Source: Candidatus Poribacteria bacterium (GTDB lineage Bacteria > Poribacteria > WGA-4E > WGA-3G). Taken from it: a stretch of 64,000 nt of DNA. Location of the stretch: positions 832,001-896,000 of the forward strand of contig OZ219753.1 of the NCBI GenBank assembly GCA_964291315.2. The letters run 5' to 3'. The first letter of the stretch is position 1, and each line of letters begins with the position of its first letter. Positions 1 to 9,645 of this stretch are shown here, piece after piece. The notes under the pieces were generated by a model. The model did not search any database. It was not told where the DNA came from and was given only the letters and a program-made list of their open reading frames with translations. Position numbers and translations under genes: made by a program.

Positions 1-55
1 CATCCGTTTTTTCAGCAGCGCCCTATCCGCGGTGGCCATCTCCAAACGTTGTGTT

Positions 56-1924
56 TTATTTCCATGCGGGCTGTGTCAGGTCCCATAGCAGCACTGTTCC
101 ATCCATACTGCCGCTTGCAAGTGTCTGCCCATCCGGGCTCAATGCTATGTAGACTGAACTTGTATGTCCTGCGAATCTGCGGAGATGCAGTCCAGATGTA
201 GCATTCCAGCAGACTGTTCCATCCCAACTGCTACTTACGACGGACTCCGCATCACGAAAGACTACGTTATGGACGGGTCCTGTATGTCCGGTGAGTGTGC
301 GGAGGTGTTTTCCTGTGCTAACCTCCCATAGGCGCACGGTTTTATCGCCACTGCCGGTTGCGAGTGTCTGCCCATCGGGGCTGAATGCGACGCTTTCGAC
401 CGGTTCTTTATGTCCAATGATAGTGCGGAGGTGCTGTCCGGTTGTAGCATTCCATAGGCGCACGGTGTTATCGCCACTGCCGGTTGCGAGGGTCTGTGCA
501 TTGGGACTGAATGCGATGGTATTGACTGCCTCGGTATGTCCGGTGATAGTGCGGAGGGTTTGTGCAGTTGTGGCGTTCCACAGGCGCAAGGTTTTATCCT
601 CACTGCCGGTTGCGAGTGTTTGTTCATTGGGACTGAATGCGACGGTATTGACGGGTCCTGTATGACCTGTGATAGTGCGGAGGTGTTGCCCTGTTGTGGC
701 GTTCCAGAGCCGGAGTGTAGTATCGTCGCTGGCAGTTGCGAGTGTTTGTCCGTTGGGACTGAATGCGACGGTATTGACGGGTCCTGTATGACCTGTGATA
801 GTGTGGAGCTGCTGCCTCGTTGACACATCCCACAAACGCACTGCGTTACCTGTATTCTCCAGAACACCACTGCTAGTTGCGAGTGTTTGCCCATCCGGGC
901 TGAAGGCTACGTTAATGATCAGCCCCGTATGTTCAGCGATTGTGCGGATGGTTTTTCCGGTTGACACATCCCACAGACGAACGGTACTATCAGCCCCGCC
1001 GCCTGCGAGCGTTTGTCCGTCGGGACTGAAGGCTGCGTTCCACCCCATACACCCTATGATAGTGCGGCGGGGTTGTCCTGTTGAAACGTCCCATAGGCGT
1101 ACGGTTTTATCAAAACTACCCGTTGCGAGGGTTTGTGCATCGGGGCTGAAGACTACGTTACCGATCAGCCCTGTATGTCCGGTGAGGGTGTGGATATTTT
1201 CACCTGTTGTGGCATTCCATAGGCGCACGGTTTTATCAGAGCTCCCACTCGCCAGTGTTTGTCCATCGGGGCTGAACGCCACGCTCCAGATCTCCTCCGT
1301 ATGTCCGGTGAGGGTGTGGATATTTTCGCCAGTTGTGGCATTCCACAGGCGCACGGTTTTATCAGAGCTCCCACTCGCCAGTGTTTGTCCATCGGGGCTG
1401 AACGCCACGCTGTTGGTCCCGTTTTCATGTCCGACGAGGGTGCGGAGGGGTTGTCCGGTTGTAGCGTTCCACAATTGCACGGTCTTATCATGACTGGTAG
1501 TTGCGAGTGTTTGTGCATCTGGACTGAACGCTACACTATTGACTGACCCCCAATGTTCTGTGATTGGGCGGAGCTGCCTTCTTGTGTGAAGGTCCCACAG
1601 ACGTACGTGGTTATCCGCGTCCGCAGTTGCGAGTGTTTGCCCGTCGGGGCTGAACGAGACGCGCCAGACTTCGTCCATATCTCCTATGAGTAGGTCGAGT
1701 TCTTCGCCTGTTTGTGCGTCATAGAGCCAGATACCGATACCACTTGCGACGGCTAAGCGGTTGCCGTCGGGAGAATAGGCGATTTCTCCTATCAGGCCTT
1801 TGCCGAGGCGTGCCTTCGCTCCTTGGGGTAGGGCGCGTTGGGTTAGGTCTTCTCCATATGTATGTGCGGTGCAGGCAAATATCACGACTGCTATGGCAAT
1901 GAATGAAAAAAGTGGGTTTCTCAT
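56..1924 (-). CDS. Secreted WD40-repeat beta-propeller protein
   Basis: Signal peptide, then about 13-14 GH...VAFSPDG.TLA.GS.D.TVRLW repeats. Confidence 0.95.
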   Translation of the reverse strand: MRNPLFSFIAIAVVIFACTAHTYGEDLTQRALPQGAKARLGKGLIGEIAYSPDGNRLAVASGIGIWLYDAQTGEELDLLIGDMDEVWRVSFSPDGQTLATADADNHVRLWDLHTRRQLRPITEHWGSVNSVAFSPDAQTLATTSHDKTVQLWNATTGQPLRTLVGHENGTNSVAFSPDGQTLASGSSDKTVRLWNATTGENIHTLTGHTEEIWSVAFSPDGQTLASGSSDKTVRLWNATTGENIHTLTGHTGLIGNVVFSPDAQTLATGSFDKTVRLWDVSTGQPRRTIIGCMGWNAAFSPDGQTLAGGGADSTVRLWDVSTGKTIRTIAEHTGLIINVAFSPDGQTLATSSGVLENTGNAVRLWDVSTRQQLHTITGHTGPVNTVAFSPNGQTLATASDDTTLRLWNATTGQHLRTITGHTGPVNTVAFSPNEQTLATGSEDKTLRLWNATTAQTLRTITGHTEAVNTIAFSPNAQTLATGSGDNTVRLWNATTGQHLRTIIGHKEPVESVAFSPDGQTLATGSGDKTVRLWEVSTGKHLRTLTGHTGPVHNVVFRDAESVVSSSWDGTVCWNATSGLHLRRFAGHTSSVYIALSPDGQTLASGSMDGTVLLWDLTQPAWK

Positions 1925-2001
1925 AAGAAATGTCTCCTGGAGGTGTCTTTTTTTATCTGTTCTATTCTGCTAAGTAAGCTTAGCAGCGCAAGAGATTTGG
2001 T

Positions 2002-3039
2002 TTATTCGTTCCAGATGCCGATTTCGCGATAGAAGCGGATGGCGCCGGGGTGGAAGGCGGTGCCGGTGTTTTTGACGGCATTTTTCGGGTTGATGGCTTT
2101 TCCGGCGCCGTGTCGTTTGACGACTTCGGCTCGGTGCGTGTACAAAGTTTTTGTGAAGGTGTAGACCATATTTTCATCTGCGTTTTGGGCGGTAATGAGA
2201 TGCATGGCTCCTACGTTCATACTGTCCAAGGGTTGTGTTTGTCCTTTGTAAGTGTTTGCGGGTATGGTTATGGGGTTAAAGAAGGGGTATTCTGCGGAAA
2301 GTTGCTGTTTTGCGTTGTCGTCAAACGGTATGAAAAAGATGTTTTGAGATGTGCTGGCTTGTGTGGCTGCGGGTGTGGGTATGGCGCCGCCGATGAATGC
2401 GGCTGCGGCTGATCCGTCTGCTAATAGGTCTACTGCGCCGATGTAGGTGCTGTTAATAGGTGTGAAATCGTCGTAGGTGATACCGTGTGCTGCCAAGATG
2501 GGTTTGAGAAAATATTGGAAGCCTGCGCCTGCGGGTCCGACGACAATTCGTTTTCCTGTGAAGTCCTTAATTTTACGTATATCTGAGTTTTGTGGTGTAA
2601 GAAAGAGTCCGACATTTGGTGCTAGCGTCATGACGGTGCGGATGGGGTGTTGGGTTTCCCATGCGCCTTCGCCTCGTGCTGCGAAGTATGAGATTGCTGC
2701 GTTTGCAAGTGCGAATTCTAATTCGTTTTTGACGATGCGTCGGATGTTTTCCTGTGTGCCTTTTGTGGCTTCGGCTGTGATTTCCCAGGTGGTATTGGGT
2801 GTATTTCCGGCGACGACTTCTGCGATTGCGGAGCCGACGACAAAGAATGCGCCGCCTGCGGGTGCTGTTCCGACACTAATATAGCGGCGTTTTGAGGTGT
2901 CGTCGTTGACTAACTTGGGCGTTGTACCGTTCTTCTGAGCTTGCCGGGTGTCTTGTTTTGGGGTGTTATTGCATGCGAAGGCGAAGAGCAGAGAGAGAAT
3001 TGATAGATAGTATAGGCCTGATTTCATGGGGTTCTCCAA
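2002..3039 (-). CDS. TAXI-family TRAP transporter solute-binding lipoprotein
   Basis: Lipobox-like FAFAC; GTAPAGG, TKGTQEN and C-terminal FHPGAIRFYRE motifs. Confidence 0.9.
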   Translation of the reverse strand: MENPMKSGLYYLSILSLLFAFACNNTPKQDTRQAQKNGTTPKLVNDDTSKRRYISVGTAPAGGAFFVVGSAIAEVVAGNTPNTTWEITAEATKGTQENIRRIVKNELEFALANAAISYFAARGEGAWETQHPIRTVMTLAPNVGLFLTPQNSDIRKIKDFTGKRIVVGPAGAGFQYFLKPILAAHGITYDDFTPINSTYIGAVDLLADGSAAAAFIGGAIPTPAATQASTSQNIFFIPFDDNAKQQLSAEYPFFNPITIPANTYKGQTQPLDSMNVGAMHLITAQNADENMVYTFTKTLYTHRAEVVKRHGAGKAINPKNAVKNTGTAFHPGAIRFYREIGIWNE

Positions 3040-3064
3040 TCTATGATATAGCGCGTGTTCTGTA

Positions 3065-4327
3065 TTACTTGAGGGGCATCTCAGGTGGGAGTGGGCACAT
3101 TTTGGCCATCGCTGGGAAAATGTGGGTTACGTCTTTTCTAAATACGTCGCCACTCAGAATGTCGATGATGCCTGCTTGATGTTCTGGGTATTGGGTCAGA
3201 AATCGCGCGAAGCTAAATTCTTTAGTGTAAAAAGCGTAGACGAGTTTTCGGAATGTTTCCATGCCGTCTACGAATGTTTGTCCGAAGCTGCCGAGTTTTT
3301 CTTCGGAGAAGTTATTTTTTTTGAATGCTTCGAGGATTGCGTCTGCTGCCATTTCGCCGGATTTGAGTGCCAAAAAGAGTCCTGTTGAGTAGACGGGGTC
3401 TAGGAATCCGAATGCGTCGCCTACCAAGACCCATCGGTTTCCTGCGATTCGTTTGGCGCGATATGAGAAATCTTTGGTAGTTTGGATGGGGAAGAGCTGC
3501 GTTGCTCCTTTAAGTCGTTTCTGTAGGGGTGTGCATTTTGTGAGTTCTTCGGTGAAAATTTGCTGCGCATCAAGTTTACGGTCGACATTTCGTCGGTTTT
3601 GCAGGAGGTATCGGAGTTCGCCGACGACTCCGATGCTTGTGCGGTTATAGGGTAGCGGGATGGACCAGAACCAGGAGTCTTTTTCTTTTGTGTGTAGTAT
3701 GAGGGTTGCGCCTGCGTCGATGCCGTTGTCTCTATATGCGCCTTCGTAGTGTGTAAAGAGGGATGCCATTTTGAGATTTGGTTCTGTGGTATTGATCTTG
3801 AGTTGTCGTGCGATAAGGGATCGTTGTCCTGTAGAATCGGCGATGATCGTTGCGTTGAGGGTTTCGTGTTTGCGGTTTACCCCTTGGATCACAACACCGG
3901 TGGCTGCATTTCCGTCAAAAATCACCTCTTGCACCCTGATTCCACGTTGCACTTGTACGCCTTTTTCTTTTGCGTTGTCTAGGAGCATTTCGTCAAATTC
4001 GCTTCGTAGGACCTGCCATGTGACAGCGCTCTCATGTGGGTTGGTTTGGAAGAAGTAGAAGGGTTTTGCGGCTTTGCCGGTGCGTGAATAGAATTGGACG
4101 CTGTGTTTCTGTGGGAAGTGGCTGTTTCGCAATTTTTCGAGCATACCGAGTCTCTTGAATGTCCAGTAGGTTGCGGGTATGAGCGATTCACCGATTTTGA
4201 ATTTGGGTTCGGTTTCTCGTTCTAGGAGTAGGACGCGATGTCCGTGTTCGGCGACGAGGGTTGCGACGGTGCTTCCGGCGGGTCCGCCGCCGATAACGAT
4301 GAGGTCGTAATTTGAATGTGTGTTCAT
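3065..4327 (-). CDS. Flavin-dependent halogenase-like oxidoreductase
   Basis: GGGPAG FAD motif, KIGESL, WFWSIP (WxWxIP), GDAFGFLDPVYSTG. Confidence 0.8.
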   Translation of the reverse strand: MNTHSNYDLIVIGGGPAGSTVATLVAEHGHRVLLLERETEPKFKIGESLIPATYWTFKRLGMLEKLRNSHFPQKHSVQFYSRTGKAAKPFYFFQTNPHESAVTWQVLRSEFDEMLLDNAKEKGVQVQRGIRVQEVIFDGNAATGVVIQGVNRKHETLNATIIADSTGQRSLIARQLKINTTEPNLKMASLFTHYEGAYRDNGIDAGATLILHTKEKDSWFWSIPLPYNRTSIGVVGELRYLLQNRRNVDRKLDAQQIFTEELTKCTPLQKRLKGATQLFPIQTTKDFSYRAKRIAGNRWVLVGDAFGFLDPVYSTGLFLALKSGEMAADAILEAFKKNNFSEEKLGSFGQTFVDGMETFRKLVYAFYTKEFSFARFLTQYPEHQAGIIDILSGDVFRKDVTHIFPAMAKMCPLPPEMPLK

Positions 4328-4398
4328 AGTTTGTTTTTAGGGAGTCTCTTTTCGTGTGTTTTCGGGATTCTTGAACTTCTAATAGAAGGTTTATGCTT

Positions 4399-4428
4399 AT
4401 TATACACCTTCACAAAAGGGTATGTCAA
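4399..4428 (-). promoter_or_regulatory. sigma70-type promoter for the halogenase-TAXI-WD40 genes
   Basis: Minus strand TTGACA-18 nt-TATAAT upstream of 4327. Confidence 0.7.
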
Positions 4429-4557
4429 GGGAAACAGAGCTTGGATAAAGGAGGTTCTTGCATAGTCTAATAGGTTGTATGAGAGGCGTTGAAGTGGCCC
4501 AGGCTGCTAGTGTTTCTGCTCCAGGTAAATCTATTCTGGAGAAGTTGGGTTCTTCTT

Positions 4558-5265
4558 TTAACTGGCGGCAGCAATAGCGTCGCGCAGGGCCAGATCTCCG
4601 GTATATAAGGCGCGTCCTATAATTGCGCCGGTGGCTCCGATTTGTTTCAGGGCGGCTATGTCGGTGAGGGATGTGACGCCGCCTGAGGCGATTACGTTTG
4701 CAGAGGCTGCGTTGACGATATCGGCGGTTGCGTTGAGATTTGGTCCGTTGAGCATACCGTCGCTTTTGATGTCGGTGTAGATGATGGTGTGGACTTCTGC
4801 CATTTCTTGTGCGAATTCGGTGGCGGGTTTTTGTGAGATCTCTAGCCATCCTTGTGTTGCGACCATGCCGTCTTTTGCGTCAATGCCGAGGGCGATGCGT
4901 TCTCCGTATTTAGTGCATGCGTGTTTCACGAAGTCGGGTTGCTTGAGAGCGATAGTGCCTAATATGGCGCGGTCGACGTGCAAAGATAGCACAGTGTCTA
5001 AGTGTTCGAGGCTGCGGATGCCGCCGCCGAGTTGGACGGGTATTTCGAGGGCGTCGATAATGTCGCTGACGATGTGGAGGTTCGCGGATTCGTTTTGAAA
5101 TGCTCCGTCTAGGTCTACGAGATGGAGGTATTGGGCGCCTTCTGCCTGCCATTTTAAGGCGATTTCTACGGGTGCGTCTGAAAAGATTGTTTCTTGTGTT
5201 GCGATGCCTTGAATTAGGTTGACACACTTGCCGTCGCGGAGGTCGATTGCGGGTAGTATTTGCAA
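4558..5265 (-). CDS. hisA: ProFAR isomerase
   Basis: ILPAIDL, HLVDLDGA, QLGGGIR, YTDIKSDGMLNGPN, ASGGV. Confidence 0.95.
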   Translation of the reverse strand: MQILPAIDLRDGKCVNLIQGIATQETIFSDAPVEIALKWQAEGAQYLHLVDLDGAFQNESANLHIVSDIIDALEIPVQLGGGIRSLEHLDTVLSLHVDRAILGTIALKQPDFVKHACTKYGERIALGIDAKDGMVATQGWLEISQKPATEFAQEMAEVHTIIYTDIKSDGMLNGPNLNATADIVNAASANVIASGGVTSLTDIAALKQIGATGAIIGRALYTGDLALRDAIAAAS

Positions 5266-5478
5266 AGTTTTTCCTTTCGGCTGCTCATGTTGGAAGATAG
5301 GGTGCAGCTTCGATTGTTCGATTGAGATAAGGTTTGTTGTCAGAGTTCTTATTTCGGAAAAAAACTTGACTTTTGTCTATGTAGCGGTTAAAATTTACCA
5401 AAATTTTGTATTTTTATCAACAAACTTTTCAATAGTAGTTGGGATTTATGGATATGCTGAAATGGAGGATGGTTTTAT

Positions 5479-5793
5479 ATGCCTACATACGAGTATAAGT
5501 GCCTTGCCTGTGATGTGCGTTTTGATCGGTTTCAGGGCATTACTGCCGCGCCGATTAAGGCGTGTCCGGAGTGTCATGGCAAGGTGAAGCGGCTGATTGG
5601 TGCTGGTGCTGGTTTGATTTTCAGAGGTTCGGGGTTTTACACCACGGATTACCGCAGTGAGGGTTATAAAGAATCTGCGGAGAAAGAGAAAAGTGGTTCG
5701 TCGGACAAAGGGAAATCGGACAAAGGCGAAAAAAAAGAGAAGAAGACGGATACGGGTAGCGAATCGAAGAACGCCTCTACGGATTCGGATTAA
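5479..5793 (+). CDS. FmdB-family zinc-ribbon protein
   Basis: MPTYEYKC..C, CPEC, FRGSGFYTTDY, low-complexity tail. Confidence 0.9.
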   Translation: MPTYEYKCLACDVRFDRFQGITAAPIKACPECHGKVKRLIGAGAGLIFRGSGFYTTDYRSEGYKESAEKEKSGSSDKGKSDKGEKKEKKTDTGSESKNASTDSD

Positions 5794-5847
5794 ACGGGTC
5801 GGCATTATAGGGCGAGGTTCTCTATTCGGTGAAGAAAGGGGGACGTT

Positions 5848-6792
5848 GTGCAGGGTCACAGTCACGATCATCCGCATTCTGGCGATGGGTGCGGGCATGG
5901 GCATCAGACTCATCTTCAGAAGAAGTTCAAGTTTGCAGTCGTTGTGACGTTGTGTGTTTTTCTGTTTGAGCTGATCGGTGGTATCTGGTCAGGGAGTCTG
6001 GCGTTATTAAGCGATGCGGTGCATGTGATGTCGGATGCGTTTTCGCTGTTAATTAGCTGGTTGGCGATTTACCTGTCGACTCGTCCTGCGACTGCGTTTC
6101 GGACGTATGGGTATCATCGGGCGGAGGTGTTCGCTGCTTTTGTGAACGGTGTGTCCCTCATCGCGATCTCTGCTTGGATTTTCTACGAGGCGTATCAGCG
6201 TTACGTGTCTCCGTCGGAGATAAAAGTGGCGGGTATGTTTGTTGTGGCGTGTCTCGGTTTCGTGGGTAACCTGCTTATCTTATGGCGGCTGCATGGTGAG
6301 AGTGATGGCAATCTTAATGTGCGGAGTGCGGTGCTGCATGTGATAGGGGATACGCTCTCTTCGGTGGCTGTGGTGGTTGGTGGTGCGATTATCTATTGGA
6401 CTGGTTGGTATTCGGTTGACGCTTTGCTGAGTTTTCTGATTGGTGGCATTATCCTGATTGGTGCGGTGAATGTGACGCGTGAGGCGGTGCATATCTTGCT
6501 GGAGAATTCGCCGCGGGACGCGGACGCGCACACGGTTGCTGCACATCTTCGAGGCTTAGATATGGTGGAAGATATTCACGATTTGCACATTTGGTCGTTG
6601 TGCTCCAACTATTGTGCGTTGAGTGCGCACGTTGTGGTTTCTGAAGAGGCGGTTGTAGCTCCTGATCGGGTTCTTGAGCGGCTTAACGTCGAGTTGCAGA
6701 CACATTTCGGCATCAGTCATGCCACCTTACAACTTGAGCGGACGGCTTGCGCCCAGGGTGGGAATTTGCTGTGCAATGCGCAGCATTCGTAG
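5848..6792 (+). CDS. Cation diffusion facilitator (CzcD/ZitB-like) metal exporter
   Basis: His-rich N-terminus, SLALLSDAVH, TYGYHRAE, HVIGD, HDLHIW. Confidence 0.92.
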   Translation: MQGHSHDHPHSGDGCGHGHQTHLQKKFKFAVVVTLCVFLFELIGGIWSGSLALLSDAVHVMSDAFSLLISWLAIYLSTRPATAFRTYGYHRAEVFAAFVNGVSLIAISAWIFYEAYQRYVSPSEIKVAGMFVVACLGFVGNLLILWRLHGESDGNLNVRSAVLHVIGDTLSSVAVVVGGAIIYWTGWYSVDALLSFLIGGIILIGAVNVTREAVHILLENSPRDADAHTVAAHLRGLDMVEDIHDLHIWSLCSNYCALSAHVVVSEEAVVAPDRVLERLNVELQTHFGISHATLQLERTACAQGGNLLCNAQHS

Positions 6793-6807
6793 TTTGGACG
6801 TAGCGTG

Positions 6808-7350
6808 CTATCTGTGTTGTGCTTCTAGACGGTGTGCTTGCCGGATCAGTGCGGGGTTTTTGGCGAATTTTTGGGTTGCCTTAACCAGTCCGGTTACGTG
6901 TGATACCATGTCTTTCTCGACTTGCACGATTCTGTCCATCAGATAGGGTTGATTGCTCTGTTGGATGGCTTGTCGCATAATAGAGAGGAGGTGCATGTAG
7001 ATGGTATCGGCTTCGCTTCCCTCAATGGCGATTGCGATTTCAAATGCTTCGTCGAGTGAAATCTCTCCGCTGTTGACTTTCTGCTCGTGTGCTTTTAGTG
7101 CGTCTGTAATTTGTTGAACGGGTATATCCTCTAATTCCGTTATAGGTGAATCAATGCCGAACGCATCAACAGAGACGGAACGCCCGAAGTCGACGAGGAT
7201 GTAGTGCTGCCATTCCTCCATGCTCATCTGTTCCCAGAAGCGTGCGACCCGTTCGTCAACATCTCCGAGGAGGAGCGAGAGGGCGGCGTATAGTTTTGCT
7301 TGTCGTAGTTCTATATCTTGACAAAGATTAAAGAGTTCTCCTAATGTCAA
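6808..7350 (-). CDS. Ferritin/rubrerythrin-like four-helix protein
   Basis: E...LY and EEWQH (ExxH) di-iron-like pattern repeated in the second half. Confidence 0.6.
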   Translation of the reverse strand: MTLGELFNLCQDIELRQAKLYAALSLLLGDVDERVARFWEQMSMEEWQHYILVDFGRSVSVDAFGIDSPITELEDIPVQQITDALKAHEQKVNSGEISLDEAFEIAIAIEGSEADTIYMHLLSIMRQAIQQSNQPYLMDRIVQVEKDMVSHVTGLVKATQKFAKNPALIRQAHRLEAQHR

Positions 7351-7378
7351 CTGTTTCTCCTTTAAGTGTGTTGAAGAT

Positions 7379-7488
7379 GCACAGACTCACAGTCTATGCT
7401 ACAAGGGCGTTGCACAGACTCACAGTCTATGCTACAAGAGTATAAGCGCGTTGAAGATGCACAGGAAACTAACAACCTATGCTACAAG
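7379..7488 (-). repeat. Cluster of three GTAG-type REP-like hairpins
   Basis: gcacagactcacagtctatgctacaag at 7379 and 7412, variant at 7459; minus strand reads GTAG followed by a palindrome. Confidence 0.75.
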
Positions 7489-7496
7489 TATCTTGC

Positions 7497-8531
7497 CTAG
7501 TCTAGTGGCAGGGCAATGGTTGTGCCGGTCTGCATGCTTTGTGTGACGGCTTGTGTAAATTCCATATACTTCACGCCTGTTTCAAAGTCGGTGTGGGTTA
7601 TAATTTCTTTGCCACGGATTGCGTTCACGAATTCTTCTTCGACGCGCCAGGTGCCGGCTTCGGTGTCGGGAATATCTATTTCGGTGAGGTTGGGGTTGCT
7701 CTTTTGCCCGGCGAAGAGGCGATTCTGTGAGAAGCGCAAGGTTCCGTTGCTGCCGAAGAGATAGACTTCTGGTGCTCCTGCGAGTCCTGCGACGTTAGAG
7801 ATTTGTAGGTGCAGTTGTGCGCCACAGGCGAGCTCTCCGACGATGTCGATGTGTTCGGGGATTCGGACGGGGCGCATTGTGCCTTCAGGGTCTGGTCGCA
7901 TTTTGACAAAGGTTTTGCCCATGGCGAAAACTTGTGTGGCTTCTCCGACCCATCGGATTAATGCTTCGTACCAGATTCCCATGCTCATGATGTTAAGCCC
8001 GCTGAGGTCGAAGTCTTGTCTCCACTGAAGTGGTGCTTGTGTGTCAAGGAATGTGCCGCCTGCGCGTGTTTCTACGGCGAGTATGTCGCCGATGTATCCT
8101 TCGGCGATGAGGCGTTTTATGGTGTTATCTACTCTGAGCGTCATGGGTGAGGGGACGATTTGGGCGATGAGATGCGTTTTTTGGCGTGATGCGTCGCGCA
8201 TGATATGTGCTTCTTTTGCGTTCATTGCCATTCGGGCTTCACACATCACGTGCTTATCTGCTTCTAGTGCTGCTACGGTAGCGCGGCAGTGCATATAGGG
8301 CCATGTGCCGATGACGATTGCGTTGGTATCTGGGTCGGCGATAGCGTGTTGCCAGTTGTTGTAGGTTTTGGGGATGCCGAACGTATCAGCTACCTGTCGT
8401 GAGGATGCTTCGCTGCGGTTGCAGACGCCGATGATTTCGACGTTTTCGAGGGCTTGTAGTCCGGGAATATGTCGTGATTTTGTATTTGCACCGGCGCCGA
8501 TAATACCGACCTGAATTGTATCTTGTGCCAT
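7497..8531 (-). CDS. Gfo/Idh/MocA-family oxidoreductase
   Basis: GIIGAG Rossmann motif, HVMCEARMA. Confidence 0.9.
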   Translation of the reverse strand: MAQDTIQVGIIGAGANTKSRHIPGLQALENVEIIGVCNRSEASSRQVADTFGIPKTYNNWQHAIADPDTNAIVIGTWPYMHCRATVAALEADKHVMCEARMAMNAKEAHIMRDASRQKTHLIAQIVPSPMTLRVDNTIKRLIAEGYIGDILAVETRAGGTFLDTQAPLQWRQDFDLSGLNIMSMGIWYEALIRWVGEATQVFAMGKTFVKMRPDPEGTMRPVRIPEHIDIVGELACGAQLHLQISNVAGLAGAPEVYLFGSNGTLRFSQNRLFAGQKSNPNLTEIDIPDTEAGTWRVEEEFVNAIRGKEIITHTDFETGVKYMEFTQAVTQSMQTGTTIALPLD

Positions 8532-8566
8532 TTATTTTGCTCCTTGGATTTTTTTAGTTGAAAGTG

Positions 8567-8590
8567 GCACAGGCTGCCAGCCTATGCTAC
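8567..8590 (-). repeat. GTAG-type REP-like hairpin
   Basis: gcac-aggct-gcc-agcct-atgctac. Confidence 0.75.
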
Positions 8591-8685
8591 AAGTGCGGGG
8601 TATGGAACGAAAGCGCCTCTCTTAACCTTTTTCAAACCCATGTTATTTTAGCAGAAATTCAGAAATATCTCAAGTGGAATTTGGA
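8583..8685. repeat. ~105-bp direct repeat, copy A, containing a minus-strand promoter
   Basis: Near-identical to 13485-13591; contains TTGAGA-17 nt-TAAAAT (8645-8673, minus strand). Confidence 0.9.
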
Positions 8686-8724
8686 TAGGCATACGTCATA
8701 CCTACCGCAGATCATTGTTTATTC

Positions 8725-8811
8725 TCAAACCTTCATATGTTCGTTAGCTTTCGCCAATAAAATAATGTTTGATGCTGTCAAGCGAAGGGCGTACCCAGCT
8801 ATGTATTCAGG
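8725..8811 (-). pseudogene. 3' remnant of a putative abortive-infection (Abi_C/STM4504-like) gene
   Basis: Manual translation PEYIAGYALRLTASNIILLAKANEHMKV*; no N-terminal portion present. Confidence 0.35.
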
Positions 8812-8972
8812 GAAGGAGGTTTAGCGCGGGCTTTACCATTCTCTCTGTCCGTTGTCAAGTTTTTCGCATATGTCAGATGTGAGTTGATAATTGTGTGTCA
8901 AACTCACGTTATTAGAGTTCATAGAGCTTGACAATATTCATACTTACAAGTTATCATGCCTAAAAGAGGCAT

Positions 8973-9600
8973 ATACAGAGACACGGGCGGACGCTCAGCC
9001 GGTGCTTGGTGTTGTTAGTGATGTGTGGACTCTTTTTCAGCAGCACACCTGCCGCACAAGGATTTAGTGTAAGCCGGGTAAAACAGTCGACCATTCTGAT
9101 AAAGCATGTGCATGAGCCGCAGTGGGTGGTGACGTATAATTTCACGCACGGCTGTTTCGATAGATTCAAGAGGTCTTGCTAGCACCCAAGGCAAGCAGCC
9201 GTCGTCGTCGATGTCGAGTTTAGATCATCTCCACGGCCAGCCACAGCCGTATATCGCCGAGGACGACAAGAACGGTATTATCTGGATGTATAAGACCCTT
9301 CACGAGGGGCAACGTGATGGCGACTGTTTTTTCCCCGATTATTTGCATGTAGAACGTCGCCGAGGGGACAAGTTCGGTGGTAACTGCGAGCCGCGTTATC
9401 CGTTGATATTTGGGGTGAGGCATGGCGGGGAGGATAATGTGCGGGACCTCTTGCGTGACGGTCCTAATCTCGAGCACAACGCTCGTGACTCTTTCGGCAA
9501 CACAGCGTTGCACTATGCGGTGTTGTTGGAGCGTCCCGCTATAAGCGAGTTGGGCGGAAGTGAAACGCAGGCGATGCGTCCTCCGGATGCCAACCGCTAG
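8973..9600 (+). pseudogene. Fragmented secreted ankyrin-repeat protein gene
   Basis: 8973-9182 encodes signal-peptide-like LSRCLVLLVMCGLFFSSTPAAQG; 9211-9600 ends in ankyrin NARDSFGNTALHYAVL, then diverges. Confidence 0.55.
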
Positions 9601-9645
9601 CTCGGACTATGGCAGCTCGTCTCAGGTACAACCTAACAGGTTATG

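Noticed and set aside
12-1902. Repetitive alternative-frame and antisense ORFs over the WD40 gene
   Set aside because: Shadows of the 126-bp repeat; the same applies to most short overlapping ORFs in the track
7379-7488. CRISPR mini-array
   Set aside because: Only three copies, very short irregular spacers, no cas genes; better explained as REP-like hairpins
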